NCBI GenBank assembly: GCA_012862495.1 | Contig: BLSG01000216.1 | Coordinates: 274,483 to 294,482, forward strand | Source: Thraustochytrium aureum | Taxonomy: Eukaryota | DNA: 20,000 nt | Reading direction: 5' to 3' | In this document: in pieces, positions 19,952-20,000 of the stretch | Layout of the letters: every line of letters begins with the position of its first letter | Position numbering within the stretch: the first letter of the stretch is position 1 | Translations under genes and position numbers: made by a program | The notes under the pieces: model-generated | Database searches by the model: none | Told to the model about the DNA's origin: nothing | The model's input: the letters and a program-made list of their open reading frames with translations, nothing else

Positions 19952-20000
19952 CGCTTCCTCCGCGCGTCCGTCCCGCCCGTGGAGCAGGGCCCTTGTCGCT

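Overview
GC-rich, gene-dense, apparently intron-poor eukaryotic (protist) DNA with five N-gaps. The gene set and (GCCT)n microsatellites suggest a stramenopile such as a thraustochytrid, but this is inference only. Seven protein genes are supported: a MORN-repeat membrane protein (+), a polyQ AP2-domain transcription factor (-), an organelle-targeted Der/EngA double GTPase (+), an MFS transporter (+), an otubain deubiquitinase (-), an SRPBCC/polyketide-cyclase-like protein (-), and a large TBC1D23-like protein with an inserted PDZ domain (-). Four of the seven genes (AP2, Der, MFS, TBC1D23) are split by an apparent -1 frame discontinuity outside the gaps. The most parsimonious cause is single-base deletion errors at G/C runs, but recoding, editing or tiny introns cannot be excluded from sequence alone. 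I found no rRNA, tRNA, CRISPR array or recognisable mobile element.
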